NCBI RefSeq assembly: GCF_030028105.1
Contig: NC_092380.1
Coordinates: 52,263,717 to 52,327,716 of the forward strand
Length of the DNA stretch: 64,000 bases
Reading direction: 5' to 3'
Source: Mobula birostris
Taxonomy: Eukaryota
Notes under the pieces: generated by a model
What the model was told of the DNA's origin: nothing
Databases searched by the model: none
Seen by the model: only the letters and a program-made list of their open reading frames with translations
Position numbers and translations under genes: made by a program
Shown: piece by piece, positions 50,990-61,730 of the stretch
Layout: every line of letters starts with the position of its first letter
Position numbering within the stretch: position 1 is the stretch's first letter

Positions 50990-51517
50990 ATGGTCTCCTC
51001 CACTGCCATGATGAGACCACTCAGGTTGGAGGAGCAACACCTCATATTCTGTCTGGGTAACCTTCAACCTCATGGCTTGAACATCAATTTCTCTAACTTC
51101 TGGTAATTTCTTCCTCCCTCCCCCTGCCGAACCTTCTCTCTTTTTCCATTCTGGCTACCCTGTTCCCCTTCTCTTCTCCTCACCTGCCCATCACCTCCCT
51201 CTGGTGCATGATCCACTGAACTCTTCTATCAGATTCCTTCTTCTTCAGCCCTTTACCTCTTCCACATATCACCTCCCAGCTTCTCTCTTCATCCCCCCCT
51301 TCCCCACCCCCCACACCTGGTTTCACTTGCCAGCTTGTACTCCATCTTCTCCCTCACCTTCTTATTTGGGCTTCTTCCCCCTTCAATTCTGATGCAGGGC
51401 CTCAGACTGAAATATTGAATGTTTGTTCCACTCCATGGATGCTGTCTGAAATACTGAGTCCTCCAGCATGTTTGTGTGTGTTGCTCTGGATTTCCAGCAT
51501 CTGCAGAATCTTGTGTA
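50990..51517 (+). mobile_element. PLE 3' fragment (GIY-YIG end, pyrimidine tract, degenerate hammerhead near 51385-51420)
   Basis: LRLEEQHLIFCLGNLQPHGLNINFSNF; terminal 'gtgtgttgctctggatttccagcatctgcag'. Confidence 0.82.
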
Positions 51518-51762
51518 TTTAAATTACCTGCTTGAGAATGTTGCAGGTATGATTTACAAACAGCACAACTGGTAGAATAAAAGGTAATGAGGAAGGTTGT
51601 TTAAAGACAAATAAACTGGAAAATTGAGTGAAATAGTGGATGATGGAATTTATTCCAGAAAAGTGTGACATAATGTACTTTAGATTTGGTTGGAGATATA
51701 GAGCAAATAGCAGTAACCAAGGCAGTACTGACATACAGTGAAACCTAAGGTGCAAGTCTATG

Positions 51763-52048
51763 TCAGTCCACGGCCTTGTCTACTGATGAAGCCACATCTG
51801 ATGGCATGAACATCGATTTCTCATACTTCCGGTAAACTTCCCCTCTCTCCCAGTTTCACCTATTTCTTCCTCCTCTACCCCCACTTCAAACTCTGACTTC
51901 TCATCCTTTTTTCCTTCGGTTCTGATGAAAGGTCTCGGCCTGAAACACTGACTACACTCTTTTCCATAGAAGCTGCCTGGCCTGCTGAGTTCCTCCAGCA
52001 TTTTGTGTGTTGCTTGGATTTCTAGCATCTGCAGATTTTCTCTTCTTT
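51763..52048 (+). mobile_element. PLE terminus inserted in an old CR1; degenerate hammerhead 51918-51953
   Basis: Perfect 13-bp TSD GTGCAAGTCTATG (51750-51762 / 52049-52061). Core ctgatga-a-agg-tctcgg-cct-gaaa, but the cleavage triplet reads ACT. Confidence 0.85.
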
Positions 52049-52869
52049 GTGCAAGTCTATGGCTCCCTGGAAGCCACCATCCAGATGGATAGGGTAGTGA
52101 AAAAAAGTACTTTGCATGCTTGCCTTTAATAAGTCGAGGCATTGAGTATAAAAGCCATCAGACAAACTATTGGTTCCACTGCGCTTAGAGGACTGTGCAC
52201 AATAATGGTTGCCACACTATAGGAAAGATATGGATAGCAATAGAGAGAGTGCACCAGGATGCTGCCCAGAAAGAAAGGAGGTGTGGCGAAGCAGGTCATC
52301 TGATCGATACCTGCTCAGTATCACTGAAAGAAAATAATAGAACTGCTACTGAAACAGCTCGAATAGTCGACCTTGACTGCAGGCACAAGATAAGGATGTT
52401 CTGATACACAAGATTTTGTAACAGCTTGCCTGATGAACTGCAAATTTTGCAGACATTCTGATAATCATGTTAACCAGCAGTTCCATGATTGTGACACAGC
52501 AGCAGCAGGAAATTGAAGAGGTTCAAGAAACAAGTACACTGATGTAAATAAGTAGACTTATAGCTACATAATCAGTGGTAAAGATTCAGACTATGTCTGG
52601 GATAAATACAGAAAAATGCTTAAACGGCCTCACAGGATAACTCAAGAAGAACACTCTAAGTCAAGGACACAGAAAAATTCATTGCATTGAATGCCGGTCA
52701 AGTTCACCTATAGTGGGTAATATTTGAATACAAGTAGAGATTTTTTAAATTGTTGGTAACCAAAAGCAATATAACTGTTGGGTAAAGTTATTGTTTTGTG
52801 TATTTTATTATGCATTTCATGAATTAGCAACATAAGGCTGTAGTTCTAAGTAGTACTACAGTAGGCTGG

Positions 52870-53210
52870 GTTTATTCTGAAATTTATGAGGCTGAGGAAT
52901 GCCTTCATAGAAGTTTACAAAATTTTAGAGTATCAATAGGATAGATAGAATATTTTCCCCAAGACAGGGGTACCTAGAACTGGAGGTTCCATGTTTAACA
53001 TATGAGGGGAGAAATTTAGAGATTTGAGAATTAAGGTTTTTCCACGTCGGGTGGGAAATATCTGGAATGGGCTGCAGGAGGAGGTATTGGAGACTGATAT
53101 TACAATATTGCTGAAGGATACAGGCTCAATGTAGGCAAATGTGATTAGCATAGATGGGTATTGTAGCTAGCATAGAGAAAGCAGACAGAAAGGGTTTCTT
53201 TCCCTATGAC
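52870..53210 (+). mobile_element. Old CR1 3' end
   Basis: 'tcatagaagtttacaaaatt', 'ctagaactggaggttccatgtttaa', 'atatctggaatgggctgc'. Confidence 0.65.
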
Positions 53211-54348
53211 CTTGTGATTTCATCAGCCTGAAATTCTCCTTCTCATTCCACTGTTACTACACAAATATTTCTAATCCTCATCCAGGTTTTTGCCAAAATT
53301 AGGGTTGCATTCCTCTTATTGCTGTCCCAATTTTTTCTTCCTGCTTGTTTACATTTCTTGATAGTCTTTCTGCCCACAAGTTCCCTTACATCAGAGGAGT
53401 TACATTTGCAATCAGATGGCAGTTCTCAATGGTAAAAATGTTTGGTAGGTTGCACAACTAAATTATTAAAACACATTTTTAAAAAGTGCTTAGCAAGAAC
53501 AAGATTTTGTTCTGTGGCTACATGGTGATAACTATATACATGTAACAAAGGAGTCAATGACAGACAGTGATCACTGGGCTTCTGTTTGAACCTCATCTTT
53601 AACAGCACTGACACTAATGCAGCCAACCAAGAGAAAATTTTCAAAGTGATCCTGTGTTTTCTTCTCATTATGAAAGCAATTGATAGAGATGAGAGATCTC
53701 TACTACTTTCAACAAAAACATAAATGAAAGGCAAGAGATTACACAAAAAAATCAAAGGGAAACAGATGCAAACAATGTAAGATTTCAGTTCTGGCAAAAT
53801 AAATTCCAGTATAATATCTATCTGAGTTTAGCAGTCATTAGACAGTTCTGAAACACTGTCAAAATTTCTTGCCTAAGGGTTGACTATGATGAAGTATGTT
53901 CTACTTCAATTTATAATCCAGAAACATTTACAGCATTCCGTTTTCACTTATTTTTGTCCATGTCACAGTAAGAAACCTTCATCTTCCAGATACATTTGTA
54001 GACTTTAGAGGAATTTAAATAGAATTTTCCAATAAAGTGTAAACCAATCACCACAGCATTTGAAAGAGCTATTTCAGAATAATTAAAGCTTGGATTACTT
54101 GAATTTGATATTTTTTTTTAGTGAAGTTACAAATATAATCACTTGAACTAAGTTCTAATCATAGCTTAACTGACAAGCCTAATTAAACTCACCAACAAAT
54201 ATTAATTTTTGGTTTAAAGCCCCAAGGATCAAATGCTGGCCGTGCTCGAAACTAGGTAAGCACATTCTACAGATTAAAGTAATAAATGTCATTATATTCA
54301 AGAGCTTCAGGGTGGTTGAAGATTTTAGTTACTGAATATTTGAATGTA

Positions 54349-55153
54349 CAATAAATTCCAGTTAATTGGGGCAGCTGCTTATTTGGGACAACTCTTAAAA
54401 AACAACAACTAATTGAGAAAATATTCAAGATGCCCTTTGTTAGTTTGGGACACCATGCTGCTTAAATGGGCCAAGGGACTTTTGCTGAAGAGTTTCTAAC
54501 TAGTATCAGGCGTGTGCACATGTGTGGCCGTTAGACATTACACTGTGCTTAGAGTGAGCAGTTTTTAAATAGCATCAGGTGCATGTACTTGTGTTCAAAA
54601 GCAGTGAAATTTGGCAAGATATCAGCATTAGGATAATTCAGAACTATTTTGCTCACTGCAGTTTCAAGCAGTCAGGCTTGGAGACGGCAGAAACGGATGG
54701 GAGTGAAAATGAACTGATTTCACTACTTCAACAAATTAGGGACTATAAAGAATTTGAAGGTTTCAACAGTCATCTGAATGTTACAATGAAAATGAATATT
54801 TGGAGGATGCAATCATTGACAGCATTGTATAAGGCACTCCATTATCTACTTTAGGTGCCTGCGCTAATTTGGTTCATTTGCAGTAAATCAAAAGAATGCA
54901 GCTGCGTACACTGGATTAATTCCTCTTTCAATAACTATTAGGAACTAATACAGTTTTATAGTACTATAGTAGTATTGATAGTGTTCTAATTTGTTCTGCA
55001 TTTCATTTAGATGCATAATTTGTTACTCAGTTATACCAACGTTTGTCATTTTTTTTTAATATCTTTTGAACTATTTCCATGAAACTTCGGCTAAATGGGG
55101 CAGCCGGTTAATTTGGCCAAAATGTACTGGCTCCAATTAACCAGAATCTACTG
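54349..55153 (+). mobile_element. pogo/Tigger-like non-autonomous DNA transposon
   Basis: TA-caataaattccagttaattgg ... ccaattaaccagaatctactg TIRs; remnant 'IIQNYFAHCSFK' resembles a pogo transposase C-terminus. Confidence 0.72.
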
Positions 55154-55959
55154 GACCTATTTTTAACTTTACAATGCAACCAATTACAAACACTTGACAA
55201 GGGTTCATTGATTTTCCCCACAGTCCAGCAAACCACCCTCAGCAAGTTAATTTCATGACAAACTGCTAAAACCTGCAGTCAGTTGAGGAACTGAGGGGAT
55301 ACTCTGGGAAGTTCTTCAAAAGCAATCAGACATGCTTTCAGCCAAGATTTTCCAGCTTCATTTCAGTGACAGCTAACCAGTGACACATTGTTGATTGAAA
55401 ATACCTTCCAGGAACATAACAAATTCTCTTTTTAAGTGCTCTACAGATTCCATGCAAATTACTATCCTAGGGAGTAATGACTTTCTGAAAATAAAGAAAT
55501 TTTTCCTTGTATGTATCCAGCCAAAATTTCTGTTGATAAATTTTATGACAAAACCCCCATTCCAACCATCTTGATCCTTAGTAATATCTAAGATGATTGC
55601 ATCCAATCACGTATCCAATTAAAATATTTAATCACATTATCACAACTTTCTTCCTTCAGGATAAGATATCAAAGACTGGTATCAGATGCACAGTTCCGAT
55701 TGCCACGCTACAAGACAGATGGGACTCTGACGTACCCAAAGTCATTGTAAATCCTATTCACACACCACCCTGTGCTTCTTGACTTAAGCAGGTTCTTAAT
55801 TAAGTTGCGTTTTAGTTGTACCTAATACGGTGCTACGGAAGATGTGTGACAACTTACTGGTAGTTCGAAAGCAAAGGAATACAATTAAAACCATTACTAT
55901 TAACATTTTCTTTAAAATGTAAATTATGGTAAATTATGGTAAACTATCACCACAAACAA

Positions 55960-56530
55960 TGAAGAAGCAAGTGAAGGCAAAGTGACATCGTGAGATGTGC
56001 CCTGCTGGTGTGCTGCAAAATCGACACACTTGGAGATGGAGCCGAGCCAGTTGGAGTGAACAATTTGGAGGGTAGAAAACAGGACAGAGGAGATCAGTTG
56101 CCCATCCAACTAACCCGGGTACGAGGGTGGATTGCTCTAAGCGCCAAGCTGAATAGCAGAGGTTGATAACGGCTTCTTCTGCAGTGAAATCCAGGTGCAG
56201 AGCGAATTGCTGGGAAGCATGTTCAATGCACAGAGCGATTCGCCATGGCAAGGCCCAGATCCTAATGCGAAGTACAATCCACTGTTTAGACAATCTTCAT
56301 CTCATGTTCTCATATTTACTGCTTATTTATTTTATTATCATTTTTCTTTTTGTATTTGCATAGTTTGTTGTCTTTTGCACATTGGTTGAATGCCCAAGTT
56401 GGTACAGGTTTTCACTGATTCAGTTATGGTTATTATTCTATAGATTTATTGGGCCTGCTTCCAAAAATGAATCCCAGGGTTGTATATGGTGACATATATG
56501 TACTTTGATAGTAAATTTACTTTGAACTTT
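55960..56530 (+). mobile_element. Unclassified GC-richer body fused to a Rex1/Babar-type 3' tail
   Basis: 56290-56530 is the reverse complement of the tail at 27300-27530; 55960-56290 does not match the LINE coding end seen in other copies. Confidence 0.55.
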
Positions 56531-57314
56531 CATTATGATTTGGCCAATGTTAGAGCTTTCCATTTTCAACAAGCTTTTAATAAAATGTACAGATGTGCAT
56601 TTTAAGATTTCGATTTCAAGTGAAGGCATCTTTAATGCACCGCATCATTACGTATATAGGAATTGGAGTACGCCACACAAGCCATGAAGCTTGTACTGCA
56701 GATCAACAAAGTTCAAGCATGATACTTGACCTCTACTTCACTTCCGCAACAAATCCCATACCATGAATCTCCGCAAGGATATATGGCAATGTTCTGGGGG
56801 AGGAACACTAACCTTAGTTTTCCCCCGTGTCTGTGGCATACTTGATCTAAACTGCTTCATCTGTTCACTGAAAATAATTATAGTTTAATGTTATATCCAA
56901 CTGTATGTCGATGCTAAATTTACCAATGGGACAAAGTTACAGATTCATTAATATCTTAGGCAATCATACTGAAGGTAGGTGTAGATTCCACTGCAGATCT
57001 AGCTCTCCCTGCTCTTCTGGAGCTATTCAAATAATTGGCATTTCTTATTGATTAGCCTTTGGAACTGTTGACATTAGGATCTCTAGAGAGCACATTTAAA
57101 AAAATCATGACGTCAATGTACACCACAAAATTTACAGTTAAGGTGACTGTGGCTGCATTTCACCTTTCAATACTATGCATGCAGTAATGATTTGGAAATA
57201 AATGCAATGGCTACAACTACAGCCAGTCAATCATTACTACAAAATATGCTGTTGTCAGGAGATACGAAGATTCCTGCTGGTGATAAGTTAAGTGGCTAAC
57301 AGAGTAACACTTAC

Positions 57315-57469
57315 CCTCATTGAGGTTTCTCCACCATGGGGTTGCTGCAGTCGGAAGACTTGGGCCACCATGTGCTCAGTGGAGGGGTGCAGCAGGATGC
57401 GCCGCGAGGCCAGGCCAACCATCACATACTTGCCCATTGGAGACAAACTGACAGAAATAGCATTTGGGC
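57315..57469 (-). CDS. AMBRA1: AMBRA1 coding exon (155 nt): (G)[51 protein letters not shown]
   Basis: Acceptor ...cccgcag and donor gtaagt at 57314-57309. G|GC completes Gly with the upstream exon. Peptide recognised as AMBRA1. Confidence 0.97.
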
Positions 57470-57883
57470 CTGCGGGATGGAATTATAATATTGACACTTC
57501 AGCTCTGCTGACAAACAGTCCTTGGAAGTAAATGATTTATAAGGCAAATTCTGTGTTGCTATCTAAAAGAAAAATCCAAATTAAAGAAAAATTAAAATAT
57601 TATAAAAGGAAATCTGCATATCCTCTGAGAATCAAATGATGCCTCAGTATTCTATAAATTATACTACTTAGCATTTGGAGAAGTTGCCTACTCTCTTGAT
57701 GTTGATTCACAAAAGTCACTCTAAAAGTATGAGAGAAGTACGTCTAAAGAATTATGTGATACAGCAATAAAATAAGCCATTACACTACTCCTATAATAAC
57801 ATCCACTTTGTAAATGAGGACAAAAGAGCTTTCAAAGTATAGTCTTAACAATATCATCTGGTCACATAGTGCGTGGAAAAATA

Positions 57884-58506
57884 CGAGGGGTGATTGTTAA
57901 GTTTGTGGTCTAAGGTAGAAGGACTCAATTTTAGAAAACCTAGCACATTTATTTTTCCTACATTTACACACTTAGTGCAGCGGTCATGGAGCATATGGAT
58001 CCCTTCTTTGTAGAAGTCGGCATCTTGGACCTCCAGAAAGTGGTCCACAGCAGGAGTGATTGATAAGTTCGTGGCCTAGGGTAGAAGGAGATGAGTTATT
58101 AACTTCAAACTTTCTGCATTTTCACTCAAAGAGTTGAACTGTACGTGCATGTAACAAGAGCTGTATAACTCATCTCCTTCTACCTTAGGCCACGAACCTA
58201 TCAATCACCCCTGCTGTGGACCACCTGGAGGTCCAAGACACTCTCGTTACATGCACGTGCAGTTCAACTCCTTGAGTGATTATGCAGAAAGTTTGAAGTT
58301 AATAACTCATTTCCTTCTACCGTAGACCACAAACTTATCAATCACTCCTGCTGTGGACCACTTCTACAAAGAAGGGATCCGTATGCTCCACAACCGCTGG
58401 TCGAAGTGTGTACATATAGGAGGAGACTATGTTGAAAATAAATGTGCTAGGTTTTCTAAAATTGACTCCTTCTACCTTAGGCCATAAACTTATCAATCAC
58501 CCCTCG
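57884..58506. mobile_element. mariner-derived palindromic MITE with five TIR copies
   Basis: TA-cgaggggtgattg ... caatcacccctcg. Both arms carry a mariner transposase C-terminus (FYKEGIRMLHNRWSKCVHIGGDYVE on plus from 58362; FYKEGIHMLHDRCTKCV on minus). Confidence 0.88.
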
Positions 58507-59574
58507 GACAAACTGAAACTTTTAAATTATTTTTATTTATTGAGATAGAATGCAGAATAGGCCCTTCCGCCCATTGAGCCATGCCACCCAGAGGGGAGGA
58601 ATAATTTTTTAGCCTCACTCTTTTGTTTTTTAAATTTTAGTCAATTGTTAACAGGTTGTGTCGGTGAGCACTCGGTAAACACACTCCTTACACACAGACA
58701 CCAGGGGAGGGGAAGGGGAAATAGTTGTGGGGGTTGAATACTTTCTCAATGCAGTGTATTGTCATTTATTTTCTTTTCCCAGCCAAGTGATTACATCTCG
58801 CAGTGCCACTGAAGTCTTATCTTATTCAAGTGATCTCTCATCATTGCGACCCTTGACAAGTCCAATTTTGTTGAAAGGCAATTCTTGGTTACAGTCAGCA
58901 AGAGTACCTCAGTTGTGCTTTTCCCCTCCATCTGCTCCATAGACTCTCTAGCTCCCAGTGAGTAAACAAAGGTCCAGCTGATTCGCTTCAAATCCTATGC
59001 CCCCCCCACCCACCAATTAAATATCCGAAATTTTAATTAGTTAGGTTACACATTTGTTTTTCTGCCGGTTAGATAATCTTTTCCTCAGCCTTTAATGAGA
59101 CTCAATGAAATTGTAATAGAAATAAAAAGTGCGGATTTCCCACCATTGGCATTCATTGCTGATGTACAGGCTGATTTTTAGAAATCTTTGCATCAATTTG
59201 CTGCAAAATGCCAGTCTGATTCCCAATGGCAAGGTCCTACATTGTGGCTGAGCTTTGTACTGCAAATGTCATCACAGGAATGGGAGAAACTAAGCCCTGG
59301 TCAAAAATCAGCCGAAAAACCTCTTGACAGTTAACTGGGTGGTGACAGAGCTGGCTGCCAAAATTTTAGGAGGATTCATATTCTGTAGGATTCAAGAATG
59401 TTAAAAAAGGGACTCAAACAAGTAGAGCACTAAAAAATTAACGAGGTACACAACAAAATAATTTAACTCAACCCAATTAATTCAACAATTCAGGTTATCC
59501 AAAATTTAACTTGCTTTGTCAAATGACTAGAGCCACTGCCCCCATACTGTGTAATCTAGCATAGGTATTTTCAG

Positions 59575-59768
59575 AGCAACACACACAAAATGCTGGAGGA
59601 ACTCAGCAGGCCAGGTAGCATCTAGGAAAATAGTACAGTCAACGTTTTCACCCGAAACGCTAACTGTACTATTTTCCTAAATGCTCCCTGGCCTGCTGAG
59701 TTCCTCCAGCATTTTGTATGTGTTGCTTGGATTTCCAGCATCCATAGATTTTCTCTCATTTTTAATTG
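59575..59768. mobile_element. Short palindromic PLE-terminus insertion (hammerhead core deleted at the axis)
   Basis: Inverted arms of about 70 bp centred near 59650; 11-bp TSD GGTATTTTCAG (59564-59574 / 59769-59779). Confidence 0.85.
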
Positions 59769-59819
59769 GGTATTTTCAGGTAACTTCCCTGGTTTCAATG
59801 CAAGCTACTTGCTCTAATG

Positions 59820-60685
59820 TGTTACATGCTCAAGGAGATCTGGGTTTTTCTGTGAGAATGATGTAATGGTCTTTTGGAGGTCACCTGATATGATTTTCCC
59901 GCCGATGAGGTCACGTGATGACATGTGCCCCGTGACTATATAAGGGTCGACTCAGGTGACGCAGTAGGTTTTTGAGTTTGTAGATTTCCAGGTAGAACGT
60001 GTTGTGCCTCCGCTTCTGTTGCGTGGTTGTTTTTGTGACGCAGTTTCATTTTTAAAACGGAAGGTGCATTCTCTTACAAGATATGGTATTATTGGACTGG
60101 AGATTTGTGGCTGGAACTGCCAATTTACTCAATTCAGACAGCTGAGGGGAGAGTGAAGAATTCATCGAAGGATCGAGAGAAGTTGGCATCGTTTGGCAGT
60201 TTAATAGAGAATCAACCTTATTGAGTCTTCGTTGGAGAGAACCTGCATCGAGATAACTCTTGCAAAAGGGCAGTGAGTTCATGCAAAAAGGTGCTCTCTC
60301 TCTAAAGGAATTTAAGGTCAGTCGATTTAATCTGTTTATTTTCGGCATCGGGAATCCTGTGGACAGAACCAGCAGTAAAGGTGCGTCTGTGAAGAAATCC
60401 TTCTCCAGAGAATTCTCTCCCAATTGAATGTGTAAAACTGTTGGACTTCCGAAGTTATTGCTTTAAGAACTATATCTGACTGTATCGCTTTAAGAACTGT
60501 TAGAGCATTTAACGCTTTAAGAACCAGAGCCGAGTGGAGTTGGTGAACGGCTGCATACCTGTTAACCTCTGGTTAAAGTTTTCCGTTATTTTTTTTTCCT
60601 TATCGTTTATACGTGTTTAATAAATGTTTGGTTATTTTTATATAACCTGTCTCGATTAATATTCATCGTTGCCGGTTACGTAACA
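59820..60685 (+). mobile_element. Solo LTR (866 bp, Gypsy-like or retroviral)
   Basis: TGTTAC...GTAACA ends, 4-bp TSD AATG (59816-19 / 60686-89), TATATAAG at 59937, AATAAA at 60619, CpG-rich. Confidence 0.88.
59894..59944 (+). promoter_or_regulatory. LTR core promoter: E2F-like TTTTCCCGCC, E-box GTCACGTGAT, TATA box
   Basis: Motifs at 59894-59903, 59910-59919 and 59937-59944; activity untested. Confidence 0.5.
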
Positions 60686-61052
60686 AATGTCATACTTAGT
60701 TTCCAGTGGATGACAATTAGGGCTAGTTAAGCAGAGTCTAGCAGGGAGTGACAGGGTCTAGTACAGTAATATCAACTTTGCTAATTCCAAATGACAAGGC
60801 ACTCTTATAACCCACTTAAGGGAATATATTCAGATTTTTCAGTGTATGAAATGGTACTCTCTGATTTGATCACTAAATCGAAAATTCAGATTTTATGACT
60901 AAGACCCTCCATTGTAGAGTTCTTCAGTACAGGAAAGTGTTTTTGTTGATGAGATAAAGCAACAAAATCCTCCATATTTACCCCATCATCCGACATGTAG
61001 TAATTTAGTATGTCAGTTATTTAAGGGACATACTTATATAGGAAGTATCATT

Positions 61053-61355
61053 GTGGGCACGTGGCCAAGTGGTTAAGGCATTGGACTGGCAACCTGAAGG
61101 TCGTGAGTTCAAGCCCCAGCCGAGGCAACGTGTTGTGTCCTTGAGCAAGGCACTTAATCACACATTGCTCTGCGACGACACTGGTGCCAAGCTGTATGGG
61201 TCCTAATGCCCTTCCCTTGGACAACATTTGTGTCGTGGAGAGGGGAGACTTGCAGCATGGGCAACTGCTGGTCTTCCATATAACCTTGCCCAGGCCTGCG
61301 CTCTGGAGAGTGAAGACAGGCACAGATCCATGGTCTCACAAGAACAACGGATGCC
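61053..61355 (+). mobile_element. tRNA-derived SINE with CORE-like middle domain and RTE-like tail
   Basis: A box TGGCCAAGTGG (61062), B box GAGTTCAAGCC (61105), 'tgtgtccttgagcaaggcacttaa', tail 'gatccatggtctcacaagaacaacggatgcc'. Confidence 0.78.
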
Positions 61356-61541
61356 CGAAAAGTAGGAAAAATGTGCTTCAAAAACTTTTACTTAAAAGGT
61401 CTGAAACTGAAAATCTTCTACCTTCAGAGCCAGGGGATGTTCAGTTGAGGTAAACTATCAAATAGTAAAACTTCTCTTTAATTAGATAACTAAATAATAG
61501 TGAAAAAAGCTTGGGGAAAATCTACTTTGCTACATACTTAC

Positions 61542-61730
61542 CAAATCGTTTTGTGTACAGCATCTCTCCTAGGTTATGAGGAGCAAGGGAATACACTGCT
61601 AAGATGCCTTCATCTGGAAATCCACGCTGACTGCTGGGAATGAATGCAGCCAGAAGTTGCCCATCTGCTGAAATGTCACAACTTGCATCATTGTAGATCT
61701 TGCAGTTTTGGACTAAGACATTGACTGAGG
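61542..61730 (-). CDS. AMBRA1: AMBRA1 coding exon (189 nt): (A)[62 protein letters not shown](G)
   Basis: Manual reverse-strand translation matches the vertebrate AMBRA1 C-terminal propeller sequence as I recall it. Acceptor ...tttcag at 61731+ and donor gtaagt at 61541-61536. Phase 1/1, joins in frame to the next exon. Confidence 0.97.

Noticed and set aside
57292-57531. Plus-strand 79-aa ORF
   Set aside because: Antisense shadow of the AMBRA1 exon.
57884-58506. CRISPR-like repeat array
   Set aside because: The repeats are mixed-orientation mariner TIRs with transposase remnants in eukaryotic DNA; no spacers and no cas genes.
60052-60423. 123-aa minus ORF inside the LTR
   Set aside because: Non-ATG start and no gag, pol or env motifs; likely chance.
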